Source of the DNA: Desulfovibrio sp. | GTDB lineage: Bacteria; Desulfobacterota; Desulfovibrionia; Desulfovibrionales; Desulfovibrionaceae | DNA length: 64,000 bases | Assembly (NCBI RefSeq): GCF_047607245.1 | Contig: NZ_JASGDK010000070.1 | Coordinates: 11,610 to 75,609, forward strand | Reading direction: 5' to 3' | Shown: positions 18,528 through 27,100 of the stretch, one piece after another | How positions within the stretch are numbered: position 1 is the first letter of the stretch | How the letters are laid out: each line of letters begins with the position of its first letter | Position numbers and translations under genes: made by a program | The notes under the pieces: generated by a model | The model's input: only the letters and a program-made list of their open reading frames with translations | What the model was told of the DNA's origin: nothing | The model's database searches: none

Positions 18528-19948
18528 GATTCTTTCCAACACCTGTAATTATTGATGAAAACACGCGCCAAGCGGTCATTGTTGGCTTCGGGATCAAACA
18601 TATGGGCCGCCAGCAGCCTGCCGTTACGGGCAAGGCTGGCTGCCAGGGCTGAATCGTTGGCCAGCAGGGCGATAGCGTTGGCCAGCGCTTCGGCGTCGTG
18701 CTGCGGCACCGCCAATCCGGTTTTACCGTGCCGCACCACCTCTGGCAAAGCGTTGACCGTGGTGCTGACTACGGGCAGGCCATAGGCCAATGCCTCGATA
18801 ACGGTATTGGGGATGCCATCGCGCCGGCCCGACGCATGCACCACGCAGGGCGCGGCAAAAATATCATGCTCTTTGAGGAGCTTGGGCAGCTCATTGTGCG
18901 AAATAAGACCGGGCATGCTCACGCGGGCTTCCAGTCCCAGTTCCTTACGCAAACGGGTCAACTCGGCCTGCATGTAGCCGAGGCCCATCACGGCTCCGCC
19001 GCCGCCCGCCAGAGTGAGGGTAAAGTCCAGGCCACGGTCTTGCAGCAAGCCGCAGGCGCGGAGCAATACGTCAAAGCCCTTGGTAACGTCAAACCGTCCA
19101 AGAGCCAGCAGGCGCACAGGGCGCTTCATGGGAACGGGAGAGGCCGAAGCAGGCACTTCATCCAGGCGCAGAAAAGAAGGATCCGCCTCACTGGAGCAGT
19201 GGGAGCCCGGCGCGTCGAGCGCGCCAGTATGGGCGGCAGCGGCTGTGGGCGTGACCGTTTCGTCTTCCAGTGGCGGCAGGGTCAGCCCGTTATACACCAG
19301 CTCAACTTTGCCCTTGGCCTGCCCACGGTCAAAATTCTCTATCCGCGCCTTGTCCGCGCCGTTGTTGGCACGCACCAGAAAAGCGGCGTCAAGCTTTGCG
19401 CCTAGGTCCGGGTCCGCTGGCTCAAGATTGTCGCCCCTGGCGCATGTGGCAAAGGGAAGCCCGGCGATGCTGCCTGCAACCCAGGCAGCGGTTGCAGTGC
19501 CGCGCGGCCAGGGCGCGTAGATCATATCGATGCCCGCTTCTTTGAAGCGCCGGGCCAGATACACCCCTGCGCAAAAAGCCCAGAGGTTTTCTCCCATTGT
19601 TTCAACGCAGCGCCAACGACGGAACATAGTACGACGGAAGAGCCTTCCCAGGCGTAGCGGGTGCGTGCAGAACTGGCGCAGAACTTCGGCCAAGATGGCA
19701 AAAACTGCTTTTGTGCCCAATGTATGGGTCTGCTGGGCCGCCGTGCGCATTTCAGTGGAGCAGTGGCACAAGTTGGCCCCGTAAAGACTGAACACCGAGA
19801 GCGGAAGGCGCTTTCTGAGCCCTTGTACTTCGCGGAAGATAAAGGGCTGTGTGAACAGGGGGTACCACAGCAACACGCAGGCCACATGAGGCAGCCCAGG
19901 GGCGAATGCCTGCGGGGAAACGGACTCGCTTGTCTTGCTTTCTGTCAT
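18515..19948 (-). CDS. GT4-family (GT-B) glycosyltransferase, paralogue 2
   Basis: C-terminal domain RLLALGRFDVTKGFDVLL...RRDGIPNTVIEALAYGLPVVST...GKTGLAV. The N-terminal half is paralogous to 21071-22417 (VLLWYPLFTQPFIFREV vs VLLWFPLSSETFIFREV). Confidence 0.8.
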   Translation of the reverse strand: MTESKTSESVSPQAFAPGLPHVACVLLWYPLFTQPFIFREVQGLRKRLPLSVFSLYGANLCHCSTEMRTAAQQTHTLGTKAVFAILAEVLRQFCTHPLRLGRLFRRTMFRRWRCVETMGENLWAFCAGVYLARRFKEAGIDMIYAPWPRGTATAAWVAGSIAGLPFATCARGDNLEPADPDLGAKLDAAFLVRANNGADKARIENFDRGQAKGKVELVYNGLTLPPLEDETVTPTAAAAHTGALDAPGSHCSSEADPSFLRLDEVPASASPVPMKRPVRLLALGRFDVTKGFDVLLRACGLLQDRGLDFTLTLAGGGGAVMGLGYMQAELTRLRKELGLEARVSMPGLISHNELPKLLKEHDIFAAPCVVHASGRRDGIPNTVIEALAYGLPVVSTTVNALPEVVRHGKTGLAVPQHDAEALANAIALLANDSALAASLARNGRLLAAHMFDPEANNDRLARVFINNYRCWKESCVE

Positions 19949-20033
19949 AACTCACTCCTGAGCGTCTGCCAGGGGGCAAACTCACAGGTTATATTATTTG
20001 GAGTCGACCATACCGAATTGCACGCGGCGCAAG

Positions 20034-21074
20034 CTAGGGAGCTTCTTGTGGCGGATACGCCCAATCGCCGCATTTCGCGCCGCTGCACTGCCGCAATTGT
20101 GCTGCGCTTTCAGGGGCTTGAGGACCCAAGACTTCCCTCAATTGGTCCATAGTCAGGCTGCGCACTTCCCAGCGGGATGAGAGCCAGTCTGTCCAGGCCA
20201 GTATTTTTTTCATAAGTGTGTCCACAGCGCTGGCATCAGGCAGATGGGGCGCACCGCCCGGCATCATTTCTGAAGAATGCCAGGTGAGAGACAATACCCG
20301 CCCTCCGCGGGCCACGAAAAGTCTGGTCACAGCCTGCATGGCCCACAGAGGATGATAGACGGGCAACAAACTCAACGCCCCCCAGTTCTTGAAGCCTGGC
20401 CGCAAGCCCGGAGCCGTTCTGCGCAGCAGGCCCGGCAAGGGTTGCAAAAGAGGCGTCACGCTAAGGGGAACTTCAAAAATACGCTTTGGCCCAACGGTTA
20501 CCCAATAAGGATTGCACGGGGCGTCAAAGTGATCTGGCCCCGCATGAGGCGTGGCTCCACAATGCAGCGGGCGTACCGAGGCGTCTACCTTGATTCCGGC
20601 CTGGGCCAACAGGGGCCAATGGTTTCTGTGCAGATCCCACCGCCCCATACGAAAAGAAGTCAGGGGCGCGGATTGAAATTCCTGTCCGGCAGCCATGAGT
20701 TTTTCAAGCTTGGCGGCCATAAGAAGGTCGGGCACGGCTGCGGCGGGTACACTGGATGCATTGTCGGCAAGGGCGGCGTCTGCGCCCGGCCCGTCAAGAG
20801 TCAGAGGGGGCGTGTTCCAGTGGTGCAGGTGCGCGCCTATTTCAGCGCCGTGTCTGTCGCGCAGCCCCGCCAATACGCGCCGTGAAGGCTCGTCGGCCAG
20901 CACGCTGTGCGCGCAGAAAAGCGTGGGGCGCACGCCGCGCTCACACAGGGGATCAAGCCGCCCAAGGCTGCCTGTATTGACCGTTGAGAAGCCTCGCCGG
21001 GCATACTGGCCGCCAAACAGCCCTTCTTCTTCCACATCCAGGCTGACAGCAAGATAGAGCGTAGGCCGGCTCAT
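20034..21074 (-). CDS. Polysaccharide-deacetylase-like (CE4/WalW-like) protein
   Basis: LAVSLDVEEEG (Asp/Glu metal motif) and IGAHLHHW (His pair). The ATG at 21074 overlaps the upstream TGA (ATGA). The track start 21149 is over-extended. Confidence 0.6.
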   Translation of the reverse strand: MSRPTLYLAVSLDVEEEGLFGGQYARRGFSTVNTGSLGRLDPLCERGVRPTLFCAHSVLADEPSRRVLAGLRDRHGAEIGAHLHHWNTPPLTLDGPGADAALADNASSVPAAAVPDLLMAAKLEKLMAAGQEFQSAPLTSFRMGRWDLHRNHWPLLAQAGIKVDASVRPLHCGATPHAGPDHFDAPCNPYWVTVGPKRIFEVPLSVTPLLQPLPGLLRRTAPGLRPGFKNWGALSLLPVYHPLWAMQAVTRLFVARGGRVLSLTWHSSEMMPGGAPHLPDASAVDTLMKKILAWTDWLSSRWEVRSLTMDQLREVLGPQAPESAAQLRQCSGAKCGDWAYPPQEAP

Positions 21075-22417
21075 GCTTCCTCTTTTTCCGTGAACACATG
21101 ATCCAAGTGGGAGGATTGCCCTTGCTGCATCCTGGCAGCTCGGGCGCATTCATCCACATACAGATCATAAACCGCCGCGATGTTTCGCGCGGGGTCAAAA
21201 AGCTTTTCAACATGGGCGCGCCCCGCCTCAGCCATTTTCAGGGCAGCATCCCGGTCAGACACCATACGGCGCACGGCATCTGCCAGAGCCCGCGGATCGC
21301 GTTGCGGCACAAGCAGCCCGGTTTCACCGTCAATAACTACCTCGGCTATGCCGCACACATCGGTGGCAATAACTGGCATCCGGTGAGAAAGCGCTTCCAT
21401 GATAACATTGGGGATGCCATCGCGATCTCCGTTAGTGTGCACCACGCTGGGCATGATGAGCATGTCATGGTCCAGCATGAACGCGCAGATCTTGTCGTGA
21501 GGAATAAACCCCGGCATATCGACAACCTGTGTAAGCCCCAGATCGTCCCGCATTTTGACAAGCTTGTGATGCCACCTGCCGTCGCCCACCAGAGTCAGGG
21601 TCACAGGCACGTTTTCACGCCGCAGCCGTGCCATTGCCGTGAGCAATTCGGGAAAGCCCTTGGTGCGCGCAAAGCGTCCCACTGCAAGCAACCTGTAGGG
21701 AGCCTGCATGGGCATGGCGCACTGGCCGCGCGGTCGGAAGGTAAGACTATTGTAGATGGCGTGTACTTTGTTCGTGGCGTCAGGAGGGCAGAACTTGCAC
21801 AGCCACTGTACATTGGTGCGGTTATTGGTGCGGACGAAAAGCGCGTCGCGCGATTTTTCCCGCAACAGACCATCTTCAGGATAAATATCTCCGGCACGCC
21901 CAGTGAAGGCAAAGGGGATGCCCGACATGCGCGAGGCTACCCAGGCTGCAGTTGCCGGCCCATTGGCCCAACCCGCATGGATAAGCTGCACCCCGTCCTG
22001 CCGGCACTGCTCGGCCAGCAGGAATCCCGCCAGAAAACACAAGGTGTTCTCTGCAATAGCCTCAACATTGCGCATACGGCGAAAAAGCCCTTCACGCATG
22101 AGCCGCCACACCGCCCCCGGCTTCTGCCACAAGGCACGCCCGAAGGCAGCAAGGATGCGGCTGAAGGCCTTGATGCCCATGCGGCGGACAGGACCGTCAA
22201 AGGCGTGCATTTCTTCGCTGCACCCCTTGAGATTTTCGCCATACATGCTGTACGCATACACAGGCAGGCCACGCTGTCTGAGTTGTACGACCTCACGAAA
22301 AATAAATGTCTCAGAAGACAATGGAAACCAGAGAAGCACATAGGCGATGACCGGCGGAACACTCTGCCGACCGTTTTCCTTTCCCGCTTCCGTGGCAACG
22401 CCACTGGTTAAAGACAT
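21071..22417 (-). CDS. GT4-family (GT-B) glycosyltransferase, paralogue 1
   Basis: RLLAVGRFARTKGFPELL...DRDGIPNVIMEALSHRMPVIATDVCGIAEVV.DGETGLLV. Confidence 0.8.
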   Translation of the reverse strand: MSLTSGVATEAGKENGRQSVPPVIAYVLLWFPLSSETFIFREVVQLRQRGLPVYAYSMYGENLKGCSEEMHAFDGPVRRMGIKAFSRILAAFGRALWQKPGAVWRLMREGLFRRMRNVEAIAENTLCFLAGFLLAEQCRQDGVQLIHAGWANGPATAAWVASRMSGIPFAFTGRAGDIYPEDGLLREKSRDALFVRTNNRTNVQWLCKFCPPDATNKVHAIYNSLTFRPRGQCAMPMQAPYRLLAVGRFARTKGFPELLTAMARLRRENVPVTLTLVGDGRWHHKLVKMRDDLGLTQVVDMPGFIPHDKICAFMLDHDMLIMPSVVHTNGDRDGIPNVIMEALSHRMPVIATDVCGIAEVVIDGETGLLVPQRDPRALADAVRRMVSDRDAALKMAEAGRAHVEKLFDPARNIAAVYDLYVDECARAARMQQGQSSHLDHVFTEKEEA

Positions 22418-22474
22418 ATCGGTCTCCGCAGCAAACGAGAGCCGGGCCTTATGGCCCGGCCCTAAATGCTGTTT

Positions 22475-23794
22475 TTATTCGCCCAGGTATTCTTCGGCGT
22501 GTTCGCTCTTGTATTTTTCCACAATGGCCTGTGCCTTGGGAATTTCTTCCTTCACGGCATCCAGAGCCTTGCGGATGTGCTCTTCGGTATGGGCGGCAGA
22601 AAGGAAGAAGCGCAGCCTGTCGGTGCCTTCTTTCACTGCCGGGAAGGTAATGGGCATGACATAGATGCCACGCTTGAAGAGCGCGTTGGACAGGAAGCCT
22701 GCAACCATAGGATCGCCCACCATAACAGGCACGATGGCGTAGCCCTGAGCCGCGCCTGTGTCCAGACCGATGCTGGCGGCGTAATCCACAAAGAACCGGG
22801 AAATGCCCTGCAATTTATGCACACGTTCCGGTTCGCGCAGCATAATGTCCAGCGCCTTGTGGCAGGCCACGGCGATCACGGGGGGCATACCCACACTGAA
22901 AACAAAACCCGGCGAACCGTACTTCAGAAATTCCACCAGTTCGTGCTTGCCAGCGATAAACCCGCCGCAACCGCACATGGACTTGGAGAGCGTGCTCATC
23001 CACATATCCACTTCATTGGCGTCAATGCCGAAATATTCGTGCGCGCCACGCCCGGTCTTGCCAAGCACGCCCAAAGAATGGGCTTCGTCAACCAGCAGCA
23101 TGCAGTCGTACTGCTTTTTCAGCTGGATGATGCGGGGCAGATCAGGAATGTTGCCGTCCATGCTGAACAGGCCTTCCGTAACGATAATGGCCCGCTTGTG
23201 TTCGGCGCGCTTGGCCTTGAGCATTTCCTCAAGGGCATCGCAATCGTTATGATTGTACGAGTAGCGCGCGGCGTGCGACAGGCGTGCGCCCTGCACCAGC
23301 GAGTTGTGGGCCAGGCCGTCATGAAAAATGGCGTCGCGGTGGCCGAGCAGAAAGCCGAGGGTGGACACGTTGGTGGCATGCCCGCTCACGTAGACAATGC
23401 AGTCTTCCACGCCATAAAGGTCGGCGAAGGCACGCTCAAGCTCACGGTGCGGCGGGCGCTCGCCGCCCACAAGGCGGCTGGCTCCGGCGGACGTGCCGTA
23501 AACGGTGGCGGCGCTGGTGACGGCCTCGGTTATTTCCGGATGGGCGTTAATGTCCAGATAGTCGTAGGTGGAAAAGTTCAGATATTCCTTGCCGCCAATG
23601 AGTGTGGTAGCCTTGGCTGCACGCTCGTGGCAAAGAAAAAGAGGATTTTCCATCCCCATCTTGGCTCCCATCTCCACAAGCCGGTCAAAGGCGAGCTTGG
23701 AACGCATGCGGCTGAAGCCGCCTGCGGAGCTTTCTGTAGCGGCAGTAGTTGATGCCGCCTCTTGTCCAGCCTGACAGGAATGGTCGTTCTTCAT
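22475..23794 (-). CDS. PLP-dependent alpha-oxoamine synthase (SPT/BioF/KBL/CqsA superfamily acyl-thioester:amino acid C-acyltransferase)
   Basis: Motifs YLNFSTYDYL, GASRLVGGE, SGHATN, SMDGN, VDEAHSLG and STLSKS (PLP Lys271 codon at 22984-22982). AAGAGGA RBS before ATG 23794. Low-complexity 29-aa N-terminal extension. Confidence 0.85.
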   Translation of the reverse strand: MKNDHSCQAGQEAASTTAATESSAGGFSRMRSKLAFDRLVEMGAKMGMENPLFLCHERAAKATTLIGGKEYLNFSTYDYLDINAHPEITEAVTSAATVYGTSAGASRLVGGERPPHRELERAFADLYGVEDCIVYVSGHATNVSTLGFLLGHRDAIFHDGLAHNSLVQGARLSHAARYSYNHNDCDALEEMLKAKRAEHKRAIIVTEGLFSMDGNIPDLPRIIQLKKQYDCMLLVDEAHSLGVLGKTGRGAHEYFGIDANEVDMWMSTLSKSMCGCGGFIAGKHELVEFLKYGSPGFVFSVGMPPVIAVACHKALDIMLREPERVHKLQGISRFFVDYAASIGLDTGAAQGYAIVPVMVGDPMVAGFLSNALFKRGIYVMPITFPAVKEGTDRLRFFLSAAHTEEHIRKALDAVKEEIPKAQAIVEKYKSEHAEEYLGE

Positions 23795-24142
23795 GCCTAA
23801 TCCTCTTAAATTTGTCCAAAAAATGCACCGGCCCGCAGCCCTGCAACAAGCAGCCGGACAGAGGGCGCAACTTTGTAAGGATTCAGTATAGCCAAACCGT
23901 CGAGCTATGGCAAGTGCGTAATATCAAATCCTCATCAACCCGCCACAGCGGCAGCTACTGTGCATTTCAGGGCTTTTACAACCGCCTTTCAACGCAAATG
24001 CGCACGGCGGCATTCCGCTGCCGTGGCCTATTTTCTGCCCGGCTTCTGGACAAGAGAATCGATATACCCTAGAATACCGCCCTTAGCCGATATATGCCGC
24101 TTCGGCCCAATCGATCAACCGCGCGCCGCAGGCCCGAGTTTT

Positions 24143-27100
24143 ATGCAGCAAGACCCTGCCCCAGCATACGGCACTTCGCACGGCAAGCCCTGCGCAACGG
24201 ACAACGCCGTCCTTCAGGACGGACTGCTTGTTGTGTCGCCTCCTTGCGCCATCCTTTCCTGCCCTGCTCCTGAAAATCCGGCCTCTGCCGAATCCCGCGC
24301 TTCTTCAGGCGAAATATGCGCCCAGGCTCTGGTTCGCCAGTGCCTTGACTGGCTCAAGCTTACCGGAAACCCTGGCCCCGTCATGCTCTGGCTCTGCTGG
24401 AACGAGTCCAGCACTCCGGCCCATCTGGCCCAATCCCTGAGTCTTGCTGCGGAAGGTCTGCAAAATCTCTGGCGCATCGGTCCGGTACGCCTGCAGTTTG
24501 AATCCTTCCGCCCCGGCCAGATTCACGAGGCCGAAAAGGTTCTGCGAGCGGCCCTTGATCAAGGCACGGATGCAGCAAAAAGCATTTACCCCTGCATGAC
24601 CAACGAGGCGGCCCGCCCAGATACTATGGGTGTGAGCATGCCGCAGTGCCCCAACTACTATAATTCCGATGCGAATAGAGCGCTGGGCGACGAAGAACCC
24701 ATGCGCCCGCAAGCCGGACGCGTGCCCACCATTCTTTTGCTGGATTTTTTGGCAGATAAAACTCCGAACCTGCAGTGCCAGCCTCTTCTGCTGAGCCTGC
24801 CTGCTCCTACGCCTCCGTGCTGCGACATGCTCAAATGCCGCAAGAATCCACAGCAGGTGACAGAGGAGCCCCGGCCCGAAACCGCGCCAGCCCTCTGGCA
24901 GCCCTGCAACCTTGCAGCCGAAGCAAAGCATATCCAAGCAACTGCTACAGACACCACAAAAATGCCCGATTATCAAAATTTGCCCGAAGAACTTATTCTG
25001 GATGGCGTACGCTACGCTGACCTGCCCCAAGACGGCATTATGTGGCGTATGGGAACCACCAATCCCCTATGGCGGCAAGACCTGCTCTCGCTGCCGCACA
25101 ATCCCGATGCAGCAGCCCTGGCGAGTCTTGAAGGGCGCGGCATCTGGCTGGCCCCCAAGACCGATGCGCCGCCCCTGGCAGTCATGTGCTGCGGCATGGG
25201 CTCGGTCTGGCCGGGCATGGGCCGCGAACTCTACGATAATTTCCCTGTGGCGCGCGCCGCGATGGACCGCATCGCCGCTGTTGCCGATTGGGACATACTT
25301 GGCCTTATGGACGAAAAAGACGTGGAAAAGGTCAGCCCCACACGCTGGCAGTCTCCTTACACGTTTATGCTTGAGTTTGCGCAGTGGAGCATACTTTCTT
25401 CACTGGGTCTGCAGCCCTCGCTCTTCTGCGGGCACAGTCTGGGCGAGCTGATTGCCCTGTGCTTCAGCGGCATCTACACGCCCGAGGTGGCCTGGCATAT
25501 TCTTGATACCCGCGCCATCCACATGGCCGAACTGGAAGCTGCTGCCACCCGTGAAATGGGCATGATGGCCGTACACGCCAACGCTGAAATCATTGATGAA
25601 GCATGCGCTGCATGGCCCGCCCTCTACGTTTCCAACTACAATACTCCGCAACAATTTATTCTGAGCGGACCGCGCGAAGTATTGATGGAAGCCCGCAAAA
25701 GCCTGCGCAAGCGCCGTATACCTGCCATCGTGCTCAACCTGAATCTGGCCTTCCATCATCCAAGCATGCGTGTGTTGCGCGACCTTTCGCTGCGCCGCCT
25801 CAACGCGCTTGAGATGCGCGCTCCCCGCCACCCCATGCTGAGCGGCACCACCACGGATTTTTATCCTGACGACCAGCCATCCATCTGCCTGCAAATCGCC
25901 GACCTGGATGAAAATTCCGTCCGCTGGACAGAATGCGTGCACACGACATGGCGCAGAGACGGCATCCGTCACTTTCTGGAGCTGGGACCGCAGGATACAC
26001 TGTGCAGTCTTGTCAGCGACACGGAACCCCGGGCCCTTTGCCTGCCTGCGGGACGCAAGGGCAAGGAAGTGGAAGGCATGCGTCAGACATGCGCCCGCCT
26101 CTATGCGCTGGGACACTTGCGCAAAAATTCTATCCGCACACGCATCGCCGATGTTCGCGGCGGCAAAGATGCTGCCGCAGCAGCGCGTATGCCGCTTCCG
26201 CATTGTGGGCTTGTGCCTGTGGATTCCCCCGACTGCGGCGCAGGCTGCGGGACATGTTCCACTTCTTCCTGCGGCATAACCGCCACAGAAACCTCGCCGG
26301 TAAAAACAGATGCCGTGGTTTCTGCCCCTGTTTCCGGCGCAGACGCTGCGTCCGCCCCTGTGAAAGCTACGGCTTCCGTATCATCCGCAGCCGCCTTGCG
26401 CGTGGTGCTGGATGTTCTGGCCCGCGCCTGCGGCCGCCCCGTGGAAGAACTGCGGCCAGACCTTGACCTGCGCTACGATCTTGCCCTGCGCTCCAGCCGT
26501 TTTCCCCTTATTATTCAGGAAGTGGAAAAAGCGCTGGATATTACCGTCAACTTTGAAGATCTGCTGCAGGTTTCCACAGTGGGCGATCTCGCTCGCGTTC
26601 TGGGCGCAGTCAATTTTGGCGAAACGGCCGATTCCGAAAAATCCGGGGCGGCAAGTCAGGTGGCAGCTCGCCAGACAGCGCTGGTTCATGCTTGCGCGCC
26701 GCTGTGCCGCTTCAGCCCCATGCGGGGGAGTGCGCAAAGCGAACACACGGCAAAGGCCGGCAGTGGGGGGGCGACACATGCCCTGCTGCCGCTGCCTCTG
26801 GACCCCTGCGGTCAGGGCTTGCCCATCCGGCGAGGGGATATTCTGGCCCTTCTGTTTTTTGAACCTGATCTGCTGCCCGCTCTCATGAGCGGCCTGGCAC
26901 CACTTGGATGCGTGCTGGCCGTGCCGCGCGCCCAGGTTGAAGCATGCGCCCCGCTGGCCAAGGCGGGCAGCCGCATTGTGCCCCTGAATATTGACCTACA
27001 CGCCCCTCGGAATGCCGCAGAGGCACGTTCGTTGGCCGAAGATACCAGCGCGGCCCTGAGCGATCTGGCTAAAAAAGAGGGCAAGGTTGACGGCCTGCTT

